Part shown: one piece after another, positions 1-8,733 of the stretch | Numbering within the stretch: position 1 is the stretch's first letter | How the letters are laid out: each line of letters opens with the position of its first letter | From: Methanomicrobiales archaeon | GTDB lineage: Archaea; Halobacteriota; Methanomicrobia; Methanomicrobiales; JACTUA01 | Direction: 5' to 3' | Assembly (NCBI GenBank): GCA_028678665.1 | Contig: JAJRDA010000002.1 | Location: 1-38,179, forward strand | DNA: 38,179 nucleotides | The notes under the pieces: model-generated | Database searches by the model: none | What the model saw: the letters and a program-made list of their open reading frames with translations, nothing else | What the model was told of the DNA's origin: nothing | Translations under genes and position numbers: made by a program

Positions 1-306
1 CCCCTCTCGGTGGATGCGGAGTGCCGGACCGTGATCCGGAACTCGGTGGAGACGTGCCTGATCGATCATCTCCCCTCCCTCCTGGAGACCGGTATCCCCC
101 TGCTGGCCATCGATGCCCGGGACCGAACCCCGCGCTACGCGGGGCGCATGACGGAGATCTACCGGCAGGGGGTGGCCGCGGCCGCGGAAGGGGGGGCGCA
201 TACCGGCGGTATCCTGGAGGACCTGAAGGAAGAGATCCGGAAGATGTCCAGGGGCGGGATCACCACCGCCCATCTCCTGAGGGGGCCTGACCCGTGGGAG
301 GAATGA
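1..306 (+). CDS. 3'-terminal part of an unidentified protein gene (open at window edge)
   Basis: Frame 1 is open from base 1 to the stop at 304-306 (track ORF 10..306). Codons are mostly G/C-ending like the neighbours. No family recognised from the visible residues. Confidence 0.45.
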   Translation, partial: PLSVDAECRTVIRNSVETCLIDHLPSLLETGIPLLAIDARDRTPRYAGRMTEIYRQGVAAAAEGGAHTGGILEDLKEEIRKMSRGGITTAHLLRGPDPWEE

Positions 307-383
307 AGGGGGGGCCGGCCGCGGAATGTATTAAGCAGCCGGGAACCTGAAAAGGAGTGGGAAACGGAGGGGTGACCTGGTCC

Positions 384-1016
384 ATGAAGATCGCGGTATC
401 GGTGGGGGAAAACACGGTTCCGGCTGACCTCCCCACTCTCCACCCCGACATGGTGGAGGTCCGGCTGGATCTCGGCGGGGCTGGCCTCCTGGATGCAGTC
501 CAGCCGGTGCGGGAGACCGCCTGCATCCCGGTGATCGTCACTCTCCGGAGCCGGGCGGAGGGAGGGAAGTTCGCCGGTGACGAAAGGGAATGGATCCGGG
601 TAGTCCGGCCCCTCCTGCCCCTCACTGACTGGGTGGACGTGGAACTCCGGTTCCGGCGCCATGCCCCCGAGATCCGGAAAGCCGAAAAGAAGATCGTTGC
701 CTCCTGCCACCTCTCCGGAATGCCTGACCTCCCGCAGCTGAAGGTGCTGGAGCGGGACCTCCGATCCTACGGCGACCTCCCCAAGATCGTGGTCACCCCG
801 AAGGACGAGAGGGATCTCCTGGCCCTCTGCTCCTTCACCCTCGCGGCCGAGAAACCCCTCTGCACCGGGGTCTCAGGCGAGCGGTTCCGGTATGCCCGGG
901 CCCTCCTCCCCCTCTTCGGATCCGAGCTGGCGTACACTCACGCAGGCAGACCCTCTGCCCCGGGCCAGTACCACATCCGCGAGTTCCGGGAGCTGTGGGA
1001 CCTCCTGACGAAGTGA
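384..1016 (+). CDS. aroD: 3-dehydroquinate dehydratase, type I
   Basis: Translation MKIAVSVGENT...VEVRLDL...IVASCH...PKIVVTP... has the size (~210 aa) and pattern of type I DHQase. SD-like GGAGGGGTGA lies upstream of ATG 384. An alternative in-frame ATG at 357 sits ~22 nt after a TATTAA element. Confidence 0.82.
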   Translation: MKIAVSVGENTVPADLPTLHPDMVEVRLDLGGAGLLDAVQPVRETACIPVIVTLRSRAEGGKFAGDEREWIRVVRPLLPLTDWVDVELRFRRHAPEIRKAEKKIVASCHLSGMPDLPQLKVLERDLRSYGDLPKIVVTPKDERDLLALCSFTLAAEKPLCTGVSGERFRYARALLPLFGSELAYTHAGRPSAPGQYHIREFRELWDLLTK

Positions 1017-1033
1017 ACGGGACCCATCGTCGG

Positions 1034-1040
1034 AAAAAAA
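1034..1040 (-). terminator. oligo-T tract (T7 on minus strand), possible intrinsic terminator for leftward transcripts
   Basis: A7 on the plus strand at 1034-1040, downstream (minus-strand sense) of the Zn-finger gene and of repeat copy A. Archaeal RNAP terminates at oligo-T. Confidence 0.35.
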
Positions 1041-1080
1041 TCGGGAACCGGTCGGGGCATCCTCATTGGGCCAATGTTGA

Positions 1081-1244
1081 TTACCAGGACGCTCCAGGGG
1101 GGGACCCGCGGTCCCCCCCCGCCGCGTGGGCGCCCCCCCCTGCATGAGGATATGTCTCCACGTCGGGTTTACCGATGATCATACCGTCAACCGGGGGGAT
1201 GCCGACCCGGTGGGGGCAGAGCCCAAGAAGATCGTCTCACCAGT
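1081..1244 (+). repeat. Copy A of a hairpin-containing non-coding element (second copy inverted at 37414-37606)
   Basis: Blocks shared with the reverse complement of 37414-37606: GGACGCTCCAGGGGGGGA (18/18), GGTCCCCCCC(C)GCCGCGTGGGCGC, TGAGG, CCACGTCGG and CGTCTCACCAGT, in the same order. Perfect 10-bp hairpin GGGGGGGACC-cgc-GGTCCCCCCC at 1097-1119. Lies in the convergent gap between aroD and the Zn-finger gene. Confidence 0.6.
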
Positions 1245-1304
1245 CCATATCAGAAAGGGTAGCACCCTCTGGAATACTCATCAGAAACCGAGGGGGTGCG
1301 GGGT

Positions 1305-1616
1305 TCAGGGCGGCAGGATGCCGTCACTCCCCGAACGGCTGCAGAACAGCCCTGCCCAGCCGGTGAACCCGCAGTAGATGCACCCGTCACCGTCGCAGTG
1401 CCGGCACTTCCGGGATGGCTGCGCCACCAGCACTTTCCCCGTCTTATCGCAGTAGCAGCACCCTTCCCCCTCGCAATGGGCGCAGGTCTCGGGGGTATAG
1501 CGGGGCTTTTCCTTCACTTCCTCGCTGCTCACGAGAGTACCGGTGGGCTGCATGAGACGATAACGGTTGCCGGACCTGATCTCTTCCTGCCCGGAAGGGT
1601 GACGGGAATGGGGCAT
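1305..1616 (-). CDS. Small DnaJ-type (CxxCxGxG x4) zinc-finger protein
   Basis: Four motifs: CAHCEGEG, CCYCDKTG, CRHCDGDG, CIYCGFTG. ATG at 1616 is preceded by GGGAGGTGGC and lies 25 nt downstream of the TATA-like GTAAATTTTC. The track ORF extends to 1640. Confidence 0.7.
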   Translation of the reverse strand: MPHSRHPSGQEEIRSGNRYRLMQPTGTLVSSEEVKEKPRYTPETCAHCEGEGCCYCDKTGKVLVAQPSRKCRHCDGDGCIYCGFTGWAGLFCSRSGSDGILPP

Positions 1617-1641
1617 GCCACCTCCCGGCCCCACCCCCATG

Positions 1642-1650
1642 AAAATTTAC
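1642..1650 (-). promoter_or_regulatory. TATA-like box for the Zn-finger gene
   Basis: Minus-strand TAAATTTTC, 25 nt upstream of ATG 1616. Confidence 0.4.
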
Positions 1651-1673
1651 ACTTCTGAGGGATCCGGAATCCT

Positions 1674-2681
1674 TCAGGGTTCTCTCTGACGGACCCCCCG
1701 GTACTTCTCCTGCTCCAGCCAGGCGTCCACAAGGACGAGCGCCAGCATCGCCTCGGCCACGGGCAGGATACGGGGCACGATGCAGGGATCATGCCTTCCC
1801 TCCACCCGGATCTCCCGGGGATTCCCCTCCAGGTCCACCGTCTGCTGGGGCTTTGAGATGGATGGCGTGGGCTTCACCGCGATCCGGACCACGATCTCCT
1901 GCCCGGTGCTGATCCCGCCCAGGATCCCGCCGGCGTGGTTGGAGAGGAAACCGCCGGGCACGATCGGGTCGTTATTCTCGCTCCCGAACCGCCGGGCAGC
2001 GGCGAACCCGGACCCGATCTCCACGCCCTTCACGGCACCGATTCCCATCATGGCTCCGGCGATGGCAGCGTCCAGCTTGCCCATGACGGGATCACCGAGG
2101 CCAGCCTGGCACCCCTCAACCACGATCTCCACGATACCCCCCACCGAGTCGCCGTCAGCCTTTGCACGCCTGATCTCCCCCTCCCACATCTCCTGGGAGG
2201 TGGCGCCATGGATCTCCCGGATCTCCCCCCGGATCCGGATTCCCTTGAGGGCCAGGACCTTCATGGCCACGGCACCTGCCGCCACCCGGCCCACCGTCTC
2301 CCGTCCTGAGGACCGGCCCCCGCCGCGGTGGTCCCGGATCCCGTACTTGGCCTGGTAGGTGATGTCCGCGTGGCCGGGCCGGAAGACCTCCCGGAGGGCA
2401 TCGTAGTCCCCCGGCTTCTGGTCCCGGTTCCCCACGAGGAGCGCCACGGGTGCGCCGGTGGTCCGCCCTTCGAAGACCCCGGAGAGGATCTCCACCCGGT
2501 CCGGTTCGGCCCGGGCCGAGACCAGGGGCCCGGTGCCCGGCCGCCTCCGGTCCAGGAGCGGCTGGATGTCCCCCTTGGCCAAAGGAAGCCCCGGCGGGCA
2601 GCCGTCAATCACGACCCCCAGCGCCCTCCCGTGGCTCTCGCCGAAGGTGGTGCACCGGAAGTTCCTGCCAAAGGTGTTCAT
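1674..2681 (-). CDS. aroC: Chorismate synthase
   Basis: MNTFGRNFRCTTFGESHGRALGVVIDGCPPGL... is the canonical AroC N-terminus, and the rest is full length. ATG 2681 overlaps the upstream stop as ATGA. The 37 codons upstream in the track ORF are rejected. Confidence 0.95.
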   Translation of the reverse strand: MNTFGRNFRCTTFGESHGRALGVVIDGCPPGLPLAKGDIQPLLDRRRPGTGPLVSARAEPDRVEILSGVFEGRTTGAPVALLVGNRDQKPGDYDALREVFRPGHADITYQAKYGIRDHRGGGRSSGRETVGRVAAGAVAMKVLALKGIRIRGEIREIHGATSQEMWEGEIRRAKADGDSVGGIVEIVVEGCQAGLGDPVMGKLDAAIAGAMMGIGAVKGVEIGSGFAAARRFGSENNDPIVPGGFLSNHAGGILGGISTGQEIVVRIAVKPTPSISKPQQTVDLEGNPREIRVEGRHDPCIVPRILPVAEAMLALVLVDAWLEQEKYRGVRQREP

Positions 2682-4066
2682 GACTCCACGATCCCCCTCA
2701 CCTCGCCCTCCCCGGGCAGGATCCCGGTGAGGTACCGGAACTGTTCGCGTGCCTGGTGGATGAACATCTCGGTGCCCGGGATCACCCGGCACCCGGCCGC
2801 ACGGGCTGCCCGGATCAGAGGTGTCTCCGGCGGGGTATACACCATGTCAAAGACCGTCATCCCCGCCCTTAGTGCCCGGGCGGGGACCGCCATTCCCCGA
2901 TCCGGGTGCATGCCTACCGGAGTTGCGTGGACCACCACGTCGGGTTTGAGGCGTTCAATGTCTGAGAGGGGCCCATGGGCACACCCGAACCGGTCTGCCA
3001 GCTGCCGCGCCCGATCCGGTGACCGGTTCAGGATCGTGACCTCCATCCGGAGAGAGACCATGGCATGGGCTGCGGCGGCGGCAGCCCCCCCGGCGCCCAC
3101 CAGCACCGCCCGGGCCCCCTCCAGGTGCTCCAGGGGACCCCGGATGCCCAGCCAGTCCGTGTTATACCCGGTGAGCTCACCCCCGCACTGGACCACCGTG
3201 TTCACCGCGCCGATGGCTGCCGCGTCCCGGTCCACCACGTCCAGGTGCGGGATGACCTGCTCCTTGAAGGGGATCGTGACCGCACACCCCCGGAGGTCCA
3301 GGAAGTGCATCGCCTGCATGAGGGAACCGATCTCCACGGGCTGGAAGAACGTGGAGAAGAAACCGAGGCCGTACCGGGCGAAGAGGGCGTTCTGGAGCGC
3401 CGGGGTCCGGGAGTGGAACACGGGGTTCCCGGCCACGCCGCAGATGCGGGTAAGGGGGTCCTCACCCTCAGCGCCAAGGATCTTCCGCACACGTCGCAGG
3501 TCTCCGTCCGGTATCCCCGCGGTCTCCAGGAGATGGAGGCCTTCCTCCCGTGCTCCTGGGGGTACGGTACCGGCATCGAGGATCTCCCGTATCCTCCGGC
3601 TGACGTCCCCCGGTGAAACGGCTGTCGTGTCCAGGCATACGTCCGCCGCCGCAAGGTAGGCGGTGCGGCGGGCAGCAAGGAGGGCCGGCACCTCCTCCTC
3701 CAGCGGCAGGGTCGTGAGGGCGGGGCGGTTGCTCCCCCGGATCCGTTCCAGGATGGCGGCCTCCGAGGCCCGGAGGAGCACGGTGCGGGAGCTCTTCCGG
3801 AGGTGACGCACGTTCTCCTGGTCCAGGACGGCCCCGCCACCAGCAGCCACTACCAGCGGCCCCTGAGGCAGCGTGGCGATCACCTCCCGCTCCCGCCGGC
3901 GGAACCCCTCCTCGCCCTCAGCGGCAAAGATTTCAGGGATCGGACGGCCCGCCCGGGCCTCGATCTCCCGGTCCAGGTCCAGGAACGGTACCGCCAGCCC
4001 TTTGGCGAGGAGCCTCCCGATGTGGCTCTTCCCCGTGCCCCGGAACCCGATGAGAATGATCCTCAC
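2678..4066 (-). CDS. aroK-aroE: Fusion protein: P-loop (AroK/AroL-type) shikimate kinase + shikimate 5-dehydrogenase
   Basis: N-terminal part VRIILIGFRGTGKSHIGRLLA...LDLD...AAGGGAV has the Walker A and shikimate-kinase pattern. C-terminal part ICGVAGNPVFHSRTPALQNALF...NTDWLGI...VLVGAGGAAAAAAHA matches AroE. GTG 4066 overlaps the aroA stop as GTGA. The remaining N-terminal 142 codons of track ORF 2678..4492 overlap aroA and are rejected. Confidence 0.88.
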   Translation of the reverse strand: MRIILIGFRGTGKSHIGRLLAKGLAVPFLDLDREIEARAGRPIPEIFAAEGEEGFRRREREVIATLPQGPLVVAAGGGAVLDQENVRHLRKSSRTVLLRASEAAILERIRGSNRPALTTLPLEEEVPALLAARRTAYLAAADVCLDTTAVSPGDVSRRIREILDAGTVPPGAREEGLHLLETAGIPDGDLRRVRKILGAEGEDPLTRICGVAGNPVFHSRTPALQNALFARYGLGFFSTFFQPVEIGSLMQAMHFLDLRGCAVTIPFKEQVIPHLDVVDRDAAAIGAVNTVVQCGGELTGYNTDWLGIRGPLEHLEGARAVLVGAGGAAAAAAHAMVSLRMEVTILNRSPDRARQLADRFGCAHGPLSDIERLKPDVVVHATPVGMHPDRGMAVPARALRAGMTVFDMVYTPPETPLIRAARAAGCRVIPGTEMFIHQAREQFRYLTGILPGEGEVRGIVES

Positions 4067-5331
4067 AGGAGCCCCACCCCCCGCAGCTGATCCCAGAACC
4101 CGGGGAAGGACTTCCCCACAGTCTCTGCATGCTCCACCGTCACCCCTCCCGCGCCAAGGCCGATGACGGCGAAGGCCATGGCGATCCGGTGGTCGCCGGC
4201 CGGGTCGACCGTCCCCCCGTGGAGGGCAGCAGGCAGGATCCGGATCCGGTCCTCTCCCACTTCCACCTTCCCGCCCAGCAAACGGATCCGCCCGGCCATC
4301 ACCCGGATCCGGTCGCTCTCCTTGTACTGGAGGTGACCTGTTCCCGTGAGGATGGTGGGACTGTCGGCGAATGGTGCCACTGCGCAGACCGTCATCACTG
4401 TGTCCGGGGCAGAGGACATCTCCGCCTCCACCCCGTGGAGGGGCCCGGCCCGCTCCACAGTGACGGAATCCCCCTCCGACCTTACGTTGCACCCCATGGA
4501 GGCCAGGATCGAAAGAAACATCCGGTCCCCCTGCACCGAGCGGGGGGCCAGGCCTTCCACCGTCACTCTTCCCCCCGCAACCGCGGCCAGGGCCAGCAGG
4601 TACGATGCCGAGGAGTAGTCCCCCTCCACCCGGTACTCCCTCCCCCGGTAGCCCTTCCCTGCCGGCACCCGGAAGATCGTGGTGCCCTCCCTCTCCACCT
4701 CCACCCCGAAGGCGGCCATGATGTCGGCCGTCACGTCCAGGTAGCTGGCCGAGACCGGCGGGGGATCGATCCGGAGAACCAGGTCCTCTCTCCCGCAGGG
4801 CCCTGCCAGGAGGAGGGAAGAGGCGAACTGGCTGGAGATGCTCCCGTCCACCGTCACCGTCCCGCCCCGGAACACCCCCTGGACCGTCAGGGGCGGAAAA
4901 CCCGTGCGGCCACGGTACCGGACCTGTCCCCCCATGGCCGTGAGCGCATCGGCCAGGGGACCCACCGGCCGCTCCCGCATGCGCGGGGAGCCGTCCAGGG
5001 TCACCTCCCGGGAGGCCAGCAGGGCCACGGAGGAGAGGAGCCGCAGGGAGGTGCCCGAGTCCCCCAGGTCCAGGGTCACCGGGCCACCGGTGGGGAACAT
5101 GCCGCCGGTCCCGCGGATACGGAGGGGATCCCCGTTCCCTGTGATCGAAACGCCCAGGGTTCGGAGGGCAGCGAGGGTCCGGTGGGTATCCTGGGCGAGG
5201 AGCGGGGTTCGGAGCACGGTCTCCCCGTTCGCCAGTGCTCCCGCGATCAACGCCCGGTGGGTGTAGCTCTTGGAGGGGGGAGCCGAGAACCTGAGGTCCA
5301 CGTCCCTGGCCCGGCGGAGGGTCACCCTCAC
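4063..5331 (-). CDS. aroA: 3-phosphoshikimate 1-carboxyvinyltransferase (EPSP synthase)
   Basis: VRVTLRRARDVDLRFSAPPSKSYTHRALIAGALANGETVL...LGDSGTSLRLL...DHRIAMAF matches EPSPS motifs. GTG 5331 overlaps the pheA stop as GTGA. Confidence 0.92.
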   Translation of the reverse strand: MRVTLRRARDVDLRFSAPPSKSYTHRALIAGALANGETVLRTPLLAQDTHRTLAALRTLGVSITGNGDPLRIRGTGGMFPTGGPVTLDLGDSGTSLRLLSSVALLASREVTLDGSPRMRERPVGPLADALTAMGGQVRYRGRTGFPPLTVQGVFRGGTVTVDGSISSQFASSLLLAGPCGREDLVLRIDPPPVSASYLDVTADIMAAFGVEVEREGTTIFRVPAGKGYRGREYRVEGDYSSASYLLALAAVAGGRVTVEGLAPRSVQGDRMFLSILASMGCNVRSEGDSVTVERAGPLHGVEAEMSSAPDTVMTVCAVAPFADSPTILTGTGHLQYKESDRIRVMAGRIRLLGGKVEVGEDRIRILPAALHGGTVDPAGDHRIAMAFAVIGLGAGGVTVEHAETVGKSFPGFWDQLRGVGLL

Positions 5332-6116
5332 TCCGGGACCTCCAGGCGGGTGAAGCAGCCCAGGTCCTTCACGTGGGTGATCTCCTTTAAGAAAGCAACA
5401 GCCCCCTCCCACCCGGGCCCCATCTGGAAGTCGATGAAGAAGACGTAGCTCCCCATCCCCCGCTTGGAGGGCCGGGACTCGATGCGGGTCAGGTTGATGC
5501 CCCGGGCAGAGAAGACCCCCAGCAGGTCGTGGAGCAGGCCCGGGCGGTCAGTGTGGGGATCGATGAGAAGGCTGCACTTGGTGCACGGCGGGCAGGGAGC
5601 CGGTTTCGCCCCGATCCGGACGAACCGGGTGATGTTCCCCGGGCTGTTCTGCACATCCTCCCTGACGAGGGGAATCCCGTAGTGGGTGGCCGTGAACCGG
5701 GAGATGATCGCCCCGCTCCCCGGGTGCTGTTCCATCTCCTTCGCCGATGCGGCATTGGAGGAGGTGGGAACCACCTCCACGCCCAGCCGGTCCAGGAAGA
5801 TGCTGCACTGCTCGTGGGTCTGGGGGTGGACATAGATCCGGGTGAGGCGCTTCACGGGCACCCGGGCGGCCAGGTGGTGGCGGACCTCCAGGTACGCCTC
5901 GGCGGTGATGAAGACCCGGTGGGTGAGGAGGCCGTCCAGGGTCGCTCCCACGCCGCCTGCCTCGCTGTTCTCCAGCGGTACGAGACCCTCCATCTTCCCT
6001 CCCTCCACCTCCTCAAAGATCTGCCGGATCGTGGGGAGGAGGACAGCCCGGCCCGGAAAAAGACGTTCCGCCAGCTCGTGGCTGAAGGTGCCCTCGGGTC
6101 CCAGCACTCCCATCAT
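5328..6116 (-). CDS. pheA: Prephenate dehydratase (PDT + ACT domains, no chorismate mutase domain)
   Basis: MMGVLGPEGTFSHELA...NITRFV...ESRPSK are typical PDT/ACT motifs. ATG 6116 overlaps the tyrA stop as ATGA. Confidence 0.9.
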   Translation of the reverse strand: MMGVLGPEGTFSHELAERLFPGRAVLLPTIRQIFEEVEGGKMEGLVPLENSEAGGVGATLDGLLTHRVFITAEAYLEVRHHLAARVPVKRLTRIYVHPQTHEQCSIFLDRLGVEVVPTSSNAASAKEMEQHPGSGAIISRFTATHYGIPLVREDVQNSPGNITRFVRIGAKPAPCPPCTKCSLLIDPHTDRPGLLHDLLGVFSARGINLTRIESRPSKRGMGSYVFFIDFQMGPGWEGAVAFLKEITHVKDLGCFTRLEVPE

Positions 6117-6940
6117 GGCTGCTCCGAAAGAAATTCAATGATACGGTCAGTCTCCTCCAGGGCCCGGGGCGAGTACTCCCGGAACCGGGCAGCAGTCTCC
6201 CGGAAGAACTCCTCGAACGCGGCGGGGTCTGCCGACTCCACCCGCTCCCGGAGATCGCGGACCGCCTGCTCGAAGGCAGCCAGGGCGGGGCCGGTCTCCG
6301 GGTTTAACCGGAGGATGTCCGCGTAGAGGGCAGGGTCCTGGGAGAGGAGCCTCCCGACCAGATTAAGCTGGATGCGGTACACCGGGCTGGTCGCGGCCAG
6401 CACCTCACCGATATCGGTCCCCAGGGTCCGCATCGCCCCGGCCATGCAGAGGGTGGAGAAGTGGGAGATCCCCTGGATCACGGCCATCATCCGGTCATGG
6501 GCCTCCGGCGTGGTGACGGTGACCCGCGCCCCCTCGGTCCTGAAGGTGCGGTACAGCTGCTCCGCCGTCTCCTCCCGGCACCGGGCCGGGGTCGCGAGGA
6601 TGGTCTGGTTCCTGAGGTTTGCGACCGTCGGGCCGAACATGGGATGGAACCCGATCACCTCTGCACGGGATGCCAGCATCGCCTGCACCGGGGCCACCTT
6701 CAGGGACGTGAGGTCGCAGATCACCTGGTCCTTCCGGAGCAGGGGTGCCACCTCCCGGATCACCGGTACCGTGTCCCGGATGGGCACCGACACCATCACC
6801 AGGTCCGCCTGCTCTGCCAGGTCCCGGGCGGTGAGGGATGTGGATCTCCCGGAGACCCTCACCTCCCACCCGGCCCGGCCCAGTACCCCGGCAAAGAGGC
6901 TCCCCATCTTCCCGGTACCGCCGATGATCCCTGCCTTCAT
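6113..6940 (-). CDS. tyrA: Prephenate dehydrogenase
   Basis: MKAGIIGGTGKMGSLFAGVL is a Rossmann GxGxxG start. The ...FHPMFGP... region and C-terminal helical domain are typical of the TyrA family. Confidence 0.87.
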   Translation of the reverse strand: MKAGIIGGTGKMGSLFAGVLGRAGWEVRVSGRSTSLTARDLAEQADLVMVSVPIRDTVPVIREVAPLLRKDQVICDLTSLKVAPVQAMLASRAEVIGFHPMFGPTVANLRNQTILATPARCREETAEQLYRTFRTEGARVTVTTPEAHDRMMAVIQGISHFSTLCMAGAMRTLGTDIGEVLAATSPVYRIQLNLVGRLLSQDPALYADILRLNPETGPALAAFEQAVRDLRERVESADPAAFEEFFRETAARFREYSPRALEETDRIIEFLSEQP

Positions 6941-6943
6941 CCC

Positions 6944-7930
6944 TCACTTCTCCCTGATGGTCTCCTTCACCGCGGTGCCAAAGTGGCGGCCACCCTCGGC
7001 GGTGGCTCCCAGCACCCGGTCGCCGGCTTTCAGGGCCACCACCGAGACCGGTCTCCCGTCCTCGCCAATGAGCCGTACCGTCTCTGCGTTCTGGAGAACG
7101 AGCGTTGCCTTCACGTCCCCGGCCTCTGCTTCCACGAGGAGCAGCGGTCTCCGCTCAATCTTCACCCGGCCCACCACCGCGTCGGTGGAGGAGCCGGAGG
7201 AGGCCACGACGGCCACGTGATCCCCGGCCGCGAGCTCGGAGAGGTACGCCGTCTTCCCGTCCGGCTTCATCAGGTACGCGTGGACGGCGCCCGCGTTCAC
7301 CCGGAAGGGGCGGGGGGCCACGTAGGGGTTCTCGGCCGTCTCGGCCTGGACCAGCAGGAATGCCGACGAGGTGTCCCCGACGAGCATTCCCTGCCCCTCG
7401 GCCATCATGGAGCAGGTATCGACGCAGACCCGGTCCCCGATCCCGACCGGCCGGATGGAGGTGACCGTGAACGGGACCAGCTGCACCGCTCCCTCCGATC
7501 CCTTCACGAGGGCCCCGACCTTCCGGATTTCACCCGCATCCGTCGTGGAGAGGAGGACCCCGTGCACGCCCCGCTCCAGCACCCGGAGGGCCAGCTCTGC
7601 CTCCCCCGCGTTCCGGACACGGGCGATGATCCGGTCTGCCCGGGCCACCAGGTTCTCCAGCGGGATCACGGTCCAGTCAGTGGTGGAGACCACCACGTAC
7701 CCCTCCTTTGCCCTGCGGACCGCCTCGTCCTCGTCACCCCGGCCCCGGATCTGGACGTCGAAGACGTCCCGCCCGGGCACGAGGTCCCCGTCCGGGGCAA
7801 CCGTCCTGACACGGGCCAGCTCGCGCGCCCTGGTGGCCTGGTCCACGACCAGCACGTCGGCACCGCTCTCGAGGGCCGTCGTGGCCAGCTCCTTCTTCCA
7901 GGGGCGGACCTCCACCCAGAACTCCTTCAT
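6944..7930 (-). CDS. aroB': 3-dehydroquinate synthase II (archaeal type, uses ADH)
   Basis: [29 protein letters not shown]..., ~328 aa, resembles the MJ1249-type DHQ synthase II family. ATG 7930 overlaps the upstream stop as ATGA. Confidence 0.87.
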   Translation of the reverse strand: MKEFWVEVRPWKKELATTALESGADVLVVDQATRARELARVRTVAPDGDLVPGRDVFDVQIRGRGDEDEAVRRAKEGYVVVSTTDWTVIPLENLVARADRIIARVRNAGEAELALRVLERGVHGVLLSTTDAGEIRKVGALVKGSEGAVQLVPFTVTSIRPVGIGDRVCVDTCSMMAEGQGMLVGDTSSAFLLVQAETAENPYVAPRPFRVNAGAVHAYLMKPDGKTAYLSELAAGDHVAVVASSGSSTDAVVGRVKIERRPLLLVEAEAGDVKATLVLQNAETVRLIGEDGRPVSVVALKAGDRVLGATAEGGRHFGTAVKETIREK

Positions 7931-8712
7931 CCTGCCCGCTCCAGCGCCCGTGCCGGGTCCTCGTTCTCGTGGACCACCCGGCAGATCGCCTTCGTGAACG
8001 CGGTGGTGTTGTCCCGCTGGAAGGCGTTCCTGCCCATGCAGACACCGGCGGCCCCGGCCTTGATGGCGTCCCGGATCATCTTCAGCGCGTCCAGGTCCCC
8101 GCCCTTCTCCCCGCCGGCGACCATCACCGGCACCGAGCAGGCAGCGGTGATCTCCCGGAAGGATGCCACGTCACCGGTGTAGTTCGTCTTGATCATGTCA
8201 GCTCCCAGTTCCTCGGCCACGCGGACGCAGTGGCCCACCGCCTGGGGCGAGACCGGGTCGATCCCCTTGCCCCGCGGGTAGATCATGGCGAGGAGCGGGA
8301 TCCCCCACCGGGCGCAGGCCTTGGAGACCTGCCCCGCCGACTCGATCATGTGGGACTCGTTGGGGGCCCCCAGGTTCACGTGGATGGAGACGGCGTCTGC
8401 CCCCAGCACGATGGCCTCCTCCACGGTGCAGACCAGCACCTTGTCGTTGGGGTCCGGGTTCAGGCTGGTGGAGGCCGAGAGGTGGACGATGAGCCCGATG
8501 TCCCTCCCGTGCTTCCGGTGGCCGGTTTTCACCATCCCCTTGTGGAGTACAATCGCGTTGGCTCCCCCGTCCGATACCTCTCCTATCACTCGGGTCATGT
8601 CCATGAGCCCCTTGATCTGCCCCAGGGAGAACCCGTGGTCCATGGGGATGATCACCGCCCTTTTTGTGTTCCTGTCAATGATCCGTTCGATCCTGATGTC
8701 CTTTCCAATCAT
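7927..8712 (-). CDS. Class I aldolase (DeoC/FbaB) family protein; ADH synthase (AroA') or DKFP-synthase-like paralog
   Basis: IRIERIIDRNTKRAVIIPMDHG...GANAIVLHKG...IKTNYTGD...VMVAGG...GRNAFQ matches the MJ0400/MJ1585 family pattern. AAGGAG lies ~10 nt upstream of ATG 8712. Confidence 0.8.
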   Translation of the reverse strand: MIGKDIRIERIIDRNTKRAVIIPMDHGFSLGQIKGLMDMTRVIGEVSDGGANAIVLHKGMVKTGHRKHGRDIGLIVHLSASTSLNPDPNDKVLVCTVEEAIVLGADAVSIHVNLGAPNESHMIESAGQVSKACARWGIPLLAMIYPRGKGIDPVSPQAVGHCVRVAEELGADMIKTNYTGDVASFREITAACSVPVMVAGGEKGGDLDALKMIRDAIKAGAAGVCMGRNAFQRDNTTAFTKAICRVVHENEDPARALERAG

Positions 8713-8733
8713 GTCCTGATCACTCCTTGTCCT

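Noticed and set aside
2328-3659. 443-aa plus-strand ORF antisense to aroC/aroK-aroE. Similar long antisense ORFs include 4129..5448, 6461..8182, 7969..9729, 10187..11335, 13701..16031, 15992..17287, 23972..25429, 26559..27818, 30868..32010, 32498..33469 and 34805..35866.
   Set aside because: These are shadow ORFs typical of GC-rich DNA. Their translations are Arg/Pro/Gly/His-rich low-complexity strings with no motifs. The opposite strand in each case encodes a full-length, clearly recognisable protein.
4067-4492. N-terminal 142 codons of track ORF 2678..4492. The same kind of N-terminal extension occurs in ORFs 1674..2792, 4063..5412, 22788..24047, 28013..29521 and 11483..13132.
   Set aside because: The extensions overlap the preceding gene, are low-complexity, and homology-like sequence begins only at internal ATG/GTG starts. 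Those internal starts have SD sequences or 4-nt start/stop overlaps.
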